Part shown: positions 53,127-64,000 of the stretch, piece by piece
Layout of the letters: the number at the start of each line of letters is the position of its first letter
Numbering within the stretch: the first letter of the stretch is position 1
Source: Octopus sinensis
Taxonomy: Eukaryota
DNA: 64,000 nt
Reading direction: 5' to 3'
Assembly: GCF_006345805.1 (NCBI RefSeq)
Contig: NC_043004.1
Location: 45,880,001 to 45,944,000, forward strand
Position numbers and translations under genes: made by a program
The notes under the pieces: generated by a model
Told to the model about the DNA's origin: nothing
The model's database searches: none
Seen by the model: the letters and a program-made list of their open reading frames with translations, nothing else

Positions 53127-53392
53127 GTGTTTATTTACTTCGCCCTATCTCTCCGATGAATTGATTTTTGTATGTCCTTTAATGTTTAGCAAACATCTAT
53201 TAAATTTGTCGCTCCAGTGATAGAAATTCTTTTCTCTGTGACCCATCTTTTACTATTTTATGTCAGTATCATTATTGAACTATAGAAATTCTATACGATG
53301 TATACACAACACATGCGGAGTAACACACGTACATACATAAATATATACATGCATAAATATGTACATACACTATCAGATGCACATACACACAA
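52385..53392. repeat. Near-perfect 505-bp tandem duplication
   Basis: ORFs 52459-52659 and 52964-53164 translate identically. The breakpoints lie in (CA)n tracts. Confidence 0.95.
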
Positions 53393-53624
53393 GCGCGGGC
53401 GCATGCATGAACACTAAGGTAACTCCAGAGAAAATCTGATACACGCACAGTTTTTATATATGTGTATATCTATCCATGTATCTATCCGCCTATCCAGCTT
53501 TGTAGATGTCTATCCATGTATCTATCGTCCTTTCCAGCTATGTAGTTGTCTACCTATCCATGTATCTACCCACCTATCTAGCTATGTAGCTATCTGTCTA
53601 TCTGCTCGCCTGTGTGTCTGTCCT

Positions 53625-53841
53625 ATTACCGACAAGGTGCTAAACATAGAGGGGACAAACAAGGCCAGATTTACGTATTAATTCGATTACATCGACACCA
53701 GTGCGTAACTGCTACTTATTTAAACCACCCCCGAAAGGATGTAAGGCAAAGTCGACCGCGGCGGAATTTGAACTCAGATCGTAGCGGCAGACGAAAGACT
53801 GCTAAGCATTTCGTCCGGCGTGCTAACGATTCTGCCAGCTC
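53625..53841 (-). mobile_element. SINE family D
   Basis: Reverse-complement match to 34678-34911. Confidence 0.82.
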
Positions 53842-53854
53842 TATCTTCTATCTT

Positions 53855-54250
53855 TTATCATTTAATTGTTACCGTCATTGGACTACCGGTATGCTGATTT
53901 ACCGCCTTGAAAAAACTTTTTCTTAGTCGTCCCCAGTACTTAATTGTTTGTTATGACTCGTATTTATTCCATCGGTCTCTTTTGCCCAACCGTTAAGTTA
54001 TGGGGACATAAACACACCAACACTGGTTGCCAAGCGGTGGTGAGACACACAGAGACACACGTACGTACAGATGTCTATATATACATTCGACGCGGTTCTT
54101 TCAGTTTCTGGTCTAGTGCCGAATTCCTTCACAATTCATTGATCCGCCCGAAGCTATAGTAGAAAACAATTACCCAAGGTAGCACGCAGTGTGACTGAAC
54201 ACTGAGCCATGTGTTTGAAATGCAAGCTTCTTACCACACAGACGCACCTA
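53855..54250 (-). mobile_element. Diverged SINE family A
   Basis: Reverse complement of the family A head (gcttcttaccacacag) and body (tttcagtttc, cactggttgccaagcggtgg). Confidence 0.72.
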
Positions 54251-54481
54251 CTCCTATATATGTGTATATCTAGATCTATATCTGTCTCTCTATGTGTGTA
54301 TCTATATATGTGTGTGTGTGCGTGCGTGCGTCTGTGTGTATATGTGCATCTGTGGATTACACAGATATGTAGTTATATGTATACATACTTGTATTTTAAT
54401 ATATATGTGTGCGTACAGCTATCTCTGACTATATATTTATATGTACACTAAATACGTACATACACAGAGGCACAAACACCA

Positions 54482-54512
<31 letters not shown>

Positions 54513-54804
54513 TATCTCGAACCCACAAGAGTAAACAAGTGAGACAGAGACAGGCAGAAACGAGGAAAATGCCACTTGTATTTGAACACTGTGCAAATAT
54601 TCTTTTAAAAAACTTTTCTTGTAGTTGAAAAAGGCTCAATGGGTGAAACCGGTACTGAAATAATTTTTATAAAATTATTTTAGCACTTTCTATGTTGACT
54701 TTTTTTCTCATATATATATATATATAATAATAATTATATTAGGGAGTATAACTCCAAACTTCCAGGGAAAAATTCAATTTAGTATTAAATCAAATTTCAC
54801 ATTA

Positions 54805-55167
54805 TCTCTCTCTATATAAACGGCAGTTTGTATGTCGGTGTGTATGTGTGTCTGTTAGGTTGTACCCTCACCCTGACCACGGCTTGCAACCGATTCCGAT
54901 GAAACTTGACACACACATAGCCCAATGTCATAATTCAAAACTAACGCAGTGAAAAGTTTGAAGAGTTCCCCCAGTTCTGAAATAAATCGATAAATTCAAC
55001 ATGGGGTCGAGAATCGATAGCTGTTTAATAGTTATTTGGGAGTGAAGAGAAGACATTGCAACCTACACATGCGCCTTCGATCCCTAGAGGGAAAGGACTA
55101 GATTGGGATTAGTCGTTGCCTACTAGGAGCTCTTACATACCCGGGCAACGCCGGGCTATGCTGCTAG
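54805..55167 (+). mobile_element. Non-autonomous Helitron (363 bp)
   Basis: 5' A|TC start, 3' GC-rich hairpin cccgg-gcaacg-ccggg (55140-55155), and CTAG|T end; inserted at an AT dinucleotide. Confidence 0.75.
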
Positions 55168-55312
55168 TAAATATATAAAATACAAATTAGAGAAAAGACC
55201 ACTAATATACAATTCAATTATGTGTTATAAAAATATTTTTTTGTTTTTTATTTACGAATTGGTTTATGTCTATCATTGTTTGAATTGTATAATAGTGTTT
55301 TTTCTCTAATTT

Positions 55313-55396
<84 letters not shown>

Positions 55397-56139
55397 CTCA
55401 TATCTATATACATACACACATACATATATACATACATATATATATAAATATATATTTATATTTATATATATACACGCACGCCATATGCAAACATATTTGA
55501 TGAAATAATTCATCCCTTCTATCAGCTTGATTGCAAGTCTAATCGTTCAACTCCCCTTTACAATTCCTGTCCTTTACGCTAACCTTCATATACGTCTCGA
55601 GTAATTCCTCTTTCATCTTTCGCTTGCTATCATTACATGCGTTTATATTGTATTCCTACTCAGACACACAAACAAATATGCGCACACTCATATCGTTGCA
55701 TACATAAATCGTTAAAACCAGATGAGTACATAAATATAAAATCTTTATGGGATGGCACAATCCGTTTATTAATCTTGTCTAAGAATAATTTCTCAGTTTG
55801 CTGCAAGGAAACATATAGATGGGGAGGAGTTGTAATCGATTATATTAATCCCAATATTAGCGTGATATTTTATTTTAAAGAAATGGGGAAAATACGAACA
55901 TAATCAAACGCAATGAGATTTGAACCGATGGTGCTAAGGTATCTAACTAAATACAAGATGATGTTTATTTCGTCACATTGAGTACTGCAAAGCCCCCGAC
56001 TATTATCCTGGTTGAATATCTCTCTATTGGCGTATTGAAATATTTGAAAGAAATTAACGTGTGACAGCGGCTTCAGATTATCAATAGCTAGATATCTTTG
56101 ATATTCAAAATAAATGTTTTCTGCACTTATTCAATAGAG

Positions 56140-56299
56140 CTGCAGGCGTGTTTATGTGGTTAAGATGCTTGATTCGCACCCAGATAACTTGGGATTAATC
56201 TCACTGCATGGCACTTGGAGAAGGTATCTTCTACTATGACTCCAGCCCGAATAAATATTCAAGTTGATTTGGTAGACAGAAACTGAAAGGAGTCCGTAA

Positions 56300-56380
<81 letters not shown>

Positions 56381-56620
56381 GCATTTATATGCATATTCAC
56401 ATATACAAATACGTGTGTGCTCTTTGTTCTGTATATGTATTTGTCTGTTACCACCGCTTGATATCCGGGTGTTCTTTACTTTACGACACTGCAACTTATT
56501 TGATCGCCAAAATAAACCAATTAAATAACTACCAGGACTTAAGGCGTTCTGTGGTCGATTTGACTAAATCTTTGAACGCGTTGCACCAGCATAACCGTAG
56601 TCCAATGACGGAAATAAATA
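56140..56620 (+). mobile_element. Degenerate SINE family A with internal (ATCT)20 at 56301-56380
   Basis: gatttggtagacagaaactgaaagg and ccaccgcttga..tccgg match family A. Confidence 0.68.
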
Positions 56621-58076
56621 GAGAAAAAGAAGGTTTATTATATTTTGTCTCCTCGATTTTGGCGCAAGACAAGCATATTTAGAAGAAATATGCTTGTCAA
56701 CCGCAGAGCGCAGCGGGTAACCTTTTTATAATTTCCGACAGAATAAAAAGCAAATTCAACATCTGGAGACGTGCAAACAATTCCCCAGTTCATCACCTTG
56801 GTAGACCATACAACCAGAATACTTCAAATGTAGCCAGTTGCTGGTTAAATATTTCAGCTTCTAAAAATATCGGTAGAATCATTCTTTAATCCTGCTTAAT
56901 TCTTTTAGGAAAATATGAGTTGTTAATTTGGGTAAAGTGTTCCTATATACATTGAACCTGGTCATGACTGAAAGTAAATTATATCTCGGGGTTACACAAT
57001 TAGGGCTATCTTGGAGCTAAGCAACATAAACAGCATGAATCACAAATCATGGCCTGAACGCTTTATATCATAGTGTTGCAGTAGGAAGGCTATTCTGGAG
57101 CCAATAAACAAAATAACAACTACAACGAGGAATTAAATTTTCTTGAGAATAAAGGAAATTGAAAATTGTAGTTCATGTATTTTCCGAGATTACGTAAGAA
57201 GTTTAAAGTTTCTTCGGACACGTGTCTGTCTCCCTAAATATGTTCTGATTACTCACAGAGGATCGCATAAAATTCTGAATATATCGTATTTTGGTATAGT
57301 AAAGAAAAAGAAAAGTGGTTTTAGAGAATCGGAAATTGGGAATTTTTTATGTATTTGCTTTTATCAAATGTATTAATATCGTAACTGAAGTCAATTTCCG
57401 CCAATACAGAATCAATAATAGTCTGGTTGATTAAGTTCTCTGGACATCTTTGTCTTATTCTATGGACTTATTCTTTGCCAGTGATTTCGTAACATTTTTA
57501 AAGGATAATAACATGCTATTGTTGCCTTTAAAATGACACGGCAATCTATAAATACTCAATTTCTATATTAAACATTGGATATTCGTTAAATACATTGTAT
57601 TCAGGTTCGCAATTGAGGGGAAGTACGCCTGGCTGAAATAGGTCAGCGATATTTAGAATATCCTAAACTACATGTGACCCATCGGGTCGCCAATAGTTCA
57701 AGGTACGCGACAAAAAACAAACGCGTATCTCGGGAATACGTGGTCTGATTTACGCGAAACTTTTTTTTATTCCGTTTGTATTCATATTCCAATGGTACTT
57801 TACTTTCTGAGTATTTTCCCATTGTGCCGTTTGTTCACGGTAAAGGACAATATCTTCAGGTTTCAATGCTTAAATTTGAGGAAAGAAACCCCGAAAACCG
57901 CATATCTCGAGAATCCGCGGTCCGATTTATGCGTAACTTGTTATATTCTGTTTCTATTTACATTTCAGAAGTACCTTATCTTGAGAGAATTTCCCCATTA
58001 TAGGCTGGTTTGGCTGTATTAAATTACAGACAAACACGTACGCAAGCAATTGCAAAATTTTACTAGTATATATATA

Positions 58077-58109
<33 letters not shown>

Positions 58110-59220
58110 GTTAGAAGGTTTGGAGATGATGTACAGGTATTTTATATTAGAAGAAATGCGGTACTCAGAAATTTGGATGGTTTTATATTTACAGATATTT
58201 ATTTGTATATTACATGTTTTTATACATCATATAACTTATATCATATATCATATAATAGCGCTTTTGTCTATCCTGGTGGAGTTATCAAATTGAATTATGT
58301 TCTTGTGGAAAACTTTTTGACCATTTTACAGTATTATTGAGTGTGTAGTGGTGGAGAGAGATATAATATAGTACAAGAGGGTGATGAATGGGAAGAAAGT
58401 GAGAGAGAGAGAGAGCAGGTGTGTGTGTGTGTGTGCGTATGCGTGTGTTTTTGTATCTGAAAGGTGTATTAAAGAAAAAGAAGGAAAGGAAGAAAAAAGA
58501 GAGAGGGAAGAAGAAAAAATTGTTTTGCTGGTTTCTTTTGTAGTTGGTCAGGATGTTTACTCCAAGGAGGGTCTCTCTCTCTCTCGCTATATATATATAT
58601 ATATTATATATATATATATATATATAATATATATATATATATATGCACGCACATGTATGTTGAAGAAAATAGGAAAATTATAAGGTATAAGCATATGTAT
58701 ATTTTTATTAATATTTAGCAGAAGTAATATAGTGACCGAAGACGTGAGTATTTCGTGCGTTGGCACTTATCAAATTGGTTACATGTCGAAAATCTGTGTG
58801 TCACTGCCTACAATAGAACTCTAGAAAGTAGCGTTAATATAATTTATTAACTGTGATGAATATTTATTAAGCAAGATTTATACTTAAACCTGTTTCACGT
58901 AACCAATCATTAGTCAGTTCCGAATTCTAAAAGCTCAGGAATGTCGGCCGATCGCTTACATGACACACTAAGTAACAGTTAGTGAACTGTTTTCAACTTC
59001 AATAGAATGTTATTTTACCCGACATTAGGTATTGCACATCATCAGCAAGAGATGATAATACCCAGTTAGCAAAATGTAGAAGCGATCATTATATAGAAAT
59101 AGAGGACAACTAGCAACTCTGATTATGAATGCCGACTGGAAAACTTGGATGCATATCTTTCAGGTGAATGTATTGCATAATAAAAGATTAATTTTTCTAA
59201 TTAGTGAAAAAGTTATCGTT

Positions 59221-59633
59221 GATCTTTTCGGTTTGAACGGCAGTTTTTAACATAAATTCTAGGTAACTAAAAATTTTTAAACTTCGTATACTGGTAGAAT
59301 GTGTTTATAAAACATCTTTTTTCTTGTTGTTTTTTTCTTCAATTTCTGCAATTTCAACCAATCACTGACGTCCATTGAGGCAAACAACATTCTGTGCTGT
59401 ATGAATATGTCCCTCGTTTAAGAAACAGATTGGGTTTATTTACATTTGTGAAGAAAAAAGATACACGTCCTCCACTCCTAACCTTAACCCTAACCCTAAA
59501 CCTAACCCAAACCCTAACTGACCCTAACCCTAAAATAGATTGAAATGCAACAGATCGATACTAGGGTCATAATTATGGGTGACAATTTCATATGACACTG
59601 CTAGAAAAACTGTCGTTCAAACCGAAATGATCC
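59221..59633. mobile_element. MITE with 9-bp TSD (copy 2, 413 bp) containing a (CCCTAA)n tract
   Basis: Same TIRs and body as 37429-37836. TSD gttatcgtt at 59212-59220 and 59634-59642. Confidence 0.9.
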
Positions 59634-60034
59634 GTTATCGTTAACTGAGATTATCCGTGCAATGTGTTTAAGATCTAGAAGCTACCAAGAATGCAGATAA
59701 CCTTCAATAATACTAGCCAATCAAAATTGATTGAAAATGAAGACGTTGAGGATGGCAAATCTTAAACTGGTTGTTGAAATTATTAAACATAGCAGCCAAG
59801 ACCTTCACAAATGACATCCTATTGTTTTCAAAGAGGAAGAACACATTTACTATTATATTTTTTTACAGAAAGTGCACAAAAAAAAAAAAAATGAGGAAGA
59901 AAAAATAGACGGGATCTGTACGTTTTGTCAAAGGTGTCTTCCTTCAGCGACGGACAGAAATTAGAAGGTTAAACAACAGGAACATCAACAACAACGGAAA
60001 GGGCAAAACACTGCGAATGTTAAGCTAGCGAAGG

Positions 60035-60250
60035 CAGTGACCTGGCTGGATCGTTAGCACGCCGGACAAAATGCTTAGCAGCAATTCGTACGTCGTTATA
60101 TTCTAAGCTCAAATTCCACCGAGGTCCATTTTCACTTCCATCCTTTCAGGGTTCATTAAGTAAGTACCAGTTGAACACTGGGATTGATGTAAAATTGATG
60201 CACCCCTTACCTCGAAATCAGTAGACTTGTGCCAAAATTTTAAACCAATA
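60035..60250 (+). mobile_element. Degenerate SINE family D
   Basis: cgttagcacgccggacaaaatgcttagc...ctcaaattccaccgaggtc...catcctttc.ggg. Confidence 0.7.
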
Positions 60251-61589
60251 CTGAGCTAGCGAGTGACAAATTATGAAGCCGTTTCAATTATTAGAGATAA
60301 CAGACACATCGAACTCAAACCACACTTTACTATCTTCAGTACAGTATAATTACATTGAATAAGTTATTCCCTCGTATATGAAGATTTAGACAAGAAACAA
60401 CATCTACAACAACATGGAACAAAGCAGCAATAAGAATTGCAATATTGAAAAGGATAATATTCTACAATATACGTAAGAAAAAAGAGAAGATAGGGGACAA
60501 ACAGCATATAGTGAGATATCCATCATCCGAAATTTACTTGCAAAACATGATGGAAAATATAATTCCGAATTGATTGAAAAGAAGAAAAAAAAACCCCATA
60601 AAATCTGAGTATGATATTGTGTATTAAGAAGAAAAAGATGTGTGTTGCGATTGGACGCGAAAGTGTGTTGGGAGATGTTGATAGAAATGGAAGTGATCTG
60701 GGGAATAGATTTTATTGAAGTAATTCTAACGTAATAGAAAAACATGTAAATGAAATACCTTTGTAACTGAGTAAACAGACATATACTAAGTAATCATTCT
60801 TTGACGTGTGTATGTGTATGCGTGTCTGTTCACATCTAGTCGGCATAAGGAGATATGTGATATTCATATAAACCAGACATGAAAATCGATAGCTGACAAT
60901 ATGCAAACAACATGTTTAGACAATTTATTTCAGACCATACTAATTTCACAGAGCGATAAGTAAATGTTTAGTTTTCAACTGAAATAAAGCTTTCTGGCCT
61001 AATTATTATGGGTTTGAATTTCACTGAAATAGATGCTCTCAGACGTGCATATATATACACATGCTCTCACACGTGAGCGTATGTGTATGTGTGTATGTGC
61101 GTATAGATGTATATGTACGTATATATACATATACGTACATACATACATATATATATGTATGCACTATATATATGTATGCATTATATATATGTATATACAT
61201 AATTATGCATACATATATGTACCTATGTACGTACTAGTACAAAGATACACAGACATATATATACACATAAATGTATGTACAGTCATTTGTATTAAATTCT
61301 GAGTAGTATTCAGGACAAACGTACGAGAATGTAGTGGTATATTTATGTCCAATGGAGTGTTTCCGTTGTGTTTCCCCGGCATGCAGCCATCTCTTCCGGT
61401 AACTTTGATTGGCTGATAAATTACGCTACACTGCATCAACTCTCGAAGAGTGCAAAAAGCGAAGTTGTAGAACTAACGGCGAAAGTAGATGCAACAGCAC
61501 TGATAAAAATAAAAGAAAAAAATAATAAAAGTAATAATAGTAGCAATAGTAATAATACTAATGATAACAACAAAAATGATAACAACAAC

Positions 61590-61635
<46 letters not shown>

Positions 61636-61638
<3 letters not shown>

Positions 61639-62192
61639 GCCCTGATGCAGTACCAGGCAGTGGCTCTCATGGCTTCTGATCTTAACTGATTGGAAGTGTT
61701 ATCATGTACATTGTTTCGTCTTGGTATAAAAGATGGGCTACAGCAAATATTCTGCTCAATACCACAGATTTGCTTGTCAGTTGTTTGACTTTAACCAGTT
61801 GAGCATGTCCCTTAGTGGCTGACGATATGTGCATCTCTGATCACGAGCAGAAGTAGTGGGGGAGCATCATAGGCATGTGTTGAGAGGGATTCTTTGGGGT
61901 TTGAATAATTCACTTCTGGAAACATGGGTGTTTCATTCAACATCCTTAAACAATCCTTATTCAGGGACCTTTCGAGTGGGATGGGTTACTCGACCTGAAG
62001 AAAATTCTAACTGGGCCCCACCTGCAAGGTCATGTGCTGTTTATTTTGATATGAGATCACCATGTCGCGCACATATGGTTGTGATGCATGTGCCTAGTGT
62101 ACCCTTATCAGACGGGTAGTCATGATGGGTATACTGGGCTTCGTATATTTTACCCCAGTGTCACTTTGATGGTATGCACTGCTCTCTCACTC
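61636..62192. other. Unclassified 557-bp higher-complexity segment bounded by (AAT)n on both sides
   Basis: Sharp transitions from and to (AAT)n; no recognisable protein motif. Confidence 0.45.
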
Positions 62193-62387
62193 AATAATAA
62201 TAATAATAATGATAATAATAATAGTAATAATAATAATAATAAGAAGAAGAAGAAGAAGAAAAGAAGAAATAATAATAATAATAATAATAATAATATAATA
62301 ATAATAATAATAATAAGAAGAAGAAGAAGAAGAAGAAAAGAAGAAGAAGAAGAAGAAGAGAAGAAGAAAAGAAGAAATAATAATAAT

Positions 62388-63075
62388 AATAAAGAAGGAA
62401 TACTACAGACGAGTTAGATCAATACTAAAAACGGAGCTCTATGCTAAAAACAAGATAATAGGTATTAACACTTTAGCCGTCTCTGTTAGAAGTTACAACT
62501 ACAGTATCCTTAACTGGACGCTAAATGAACTAACCAAAATAGATAGGAAAACAAGAAAAATAGTGACAGGATCTAGGATGCATCACCCAAAATCTGACAT
62601 AGAAAGGCTATATATACAACGTATAGAAGGTGGTAGAGGACTTATGAAGTTGGAAAACTATTATAAAATAACCACCATAGGACTGCAAAAATACCTACTT
62701 CAGAAGCAATGAAAACTGATACAAATAGCGACAAAACACGAGCAAAACAAAAAATTGTTCTCAGTAGATTAATGTGAAAGAAGAAGAATAAATAAACTAT
62801 GACAATTTGAAGTGGGAAATATGATGGTTGTGATCAATGAAGTGAGTGTACGTGATGCCAATAATAATTGGAGCATTTGCAGGTAGCGCTCAACTACCAG
62901 CATGGCTAAAAAGATTGGTGCAATAGTGAAGGAAGAATACCTACAAAAATCAGCATTGCTTGGAACTGCAAGAATTCTTCGCAGGGTTCTTGAAGCATGA
63001 CCAGTAGTCTGCTGGCTGTGGACAACTGACAATTTTTATCATACTCAGCAAAATAAGCTGTGAGTTTTCAGATTA
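62388..63075 (+). mobile_element. Internally deleted 3' fragment of an R4/Dong-like (RLE-type) non-LTR element in (AAT)n
   Basis: KNKIIGINTLAV...NWTLNELTKIDRKTRK...HHPKSDIERLYIQRIEGGRGL, then YDNLKWEI*WL...MPIIIGAF...LQKSALLGTARILRRVLEA* (stop ends at 63000). Confidence 0.8.
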
Positions 63076-63132
63076 TGATGATGATAATAATAATGACAAT
63101 GATGATAATAATAATAATATATAATAATAATA

Positions 63133-63196
<64 letters not shown>

Positions 63197-63238
63197 GATA
63201 ATAATAATAATAATATAATAATGATAATGATAATAATG

Positions 63239-63306
<68 letters not shown>
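63076..63306. repeat. (AAT)n/(GAT)n microsatellite
   Basis: Direct read. Confidence 0.96.
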
Positions 63307-64000
63307 TGATTAATTCATTCATTGTACAATCAAGAGGTCTGAAATTTTGGGGAAGGGGATGCGCGATTACATCCACCCCAGTTTGTGACTGGTACTTATT
63401 TTATCGACGCCAAAGATAAAAGTTAGATTCTACCTCAGTGGATTTTAAATTCAGAACGTAAAGACAAATGAAATGCTTTTAAACATTTTGTCCAGCAAGC
63501 TAGCGATTGAACCAGCTAGCCGCCTCATTTAATTAATGATTAGTAATAATAATTCATATGCCTAGCGAAAAATATTATCTTTATTAGGACAAGGACAGTG
63601 ACTTATATTTGTATGCTATGCCTCATTGACGTCGTCAATGAGACATAAGACACATGTACGCACTTAGGAGGTAGACAGAGACGTTATCAACTGGAAAATC
63701 ATTACGTAGTAAGCCTCTTGCATATAATCTATGGACATATGATTTCAAATATAATTAATGTTTCGTTGTAACTTGGAAGTATCAGTATCCGAGTAATAAA
63801 CGTACACGCTCACAGGTTCCATTTCACTTCTTTGTTCTAATGTTAACAAAGAAAAGTTTTATTAACCATCTGATTAAGTGCGCAAGTGATTATTTAGTTG
63901 ACAAATACTAGAGATATAAAATTGAAACAATGCGTGTGTTTATTATTAGGGTAATGAGACGCCTAAAATACAAGTAATTTGTCTCAACTCATGAGTTTTC

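Noticed and set aside
59475-59532. True telomere or chromosome-fusion scar
   Set aside because: The tract is short, degenerate and lies inside a TIR/TSD-bounded MITE.
3097-63376. Dozens of ORF-track entries rich in IY, VC, TH, YL or poly-N/I
   Set aside because: They are translations of (TA)n, (TG)n, (CA)n, (GATA)n and (AAT)n microsatellites, or antisense frames of transposon ORFs, not genes.

Overview
AT-rich, microsatellite-dense eukaryotic non-genic DNA. The SINE and repeat content suggests a coleoid cephalopod such as Octopus (inference; no database check). I found no host protein-coding exon I can support; most ORF-track entries are microsatellite or antisense artefacts. Recognisable content: degraded LINEs (two RTE-like, one CR1/L2-like, one R4/Dong-like), many tRNA-derived SINEs in at least four families, a mariner relic, a hAT-type MITE, two MITE copies with 9-bp target-site duplications (TSDs) and a non-autonomous Helitron. 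There is also a 6-kb inverted Penelope-like (RT + GIY-YIG) insertion. The main result is three unrelated type I hammerhead ribozyme (HHR) systems, each in an outward-facing inverted arrangement embedded in (TA)n. (1) A ~490-bp tandem array at 47430-49988 carries five intact HHRs and looks like a retrozyme/circRNA locus. (2) Minimal HHRs lie in the pseudo-LTRs of the Penelope-like element. (3) A split HHR at 15884-16097 has a microsatellite-expanded loop II. All folds were derived by eye and ribozyme activity is untested.
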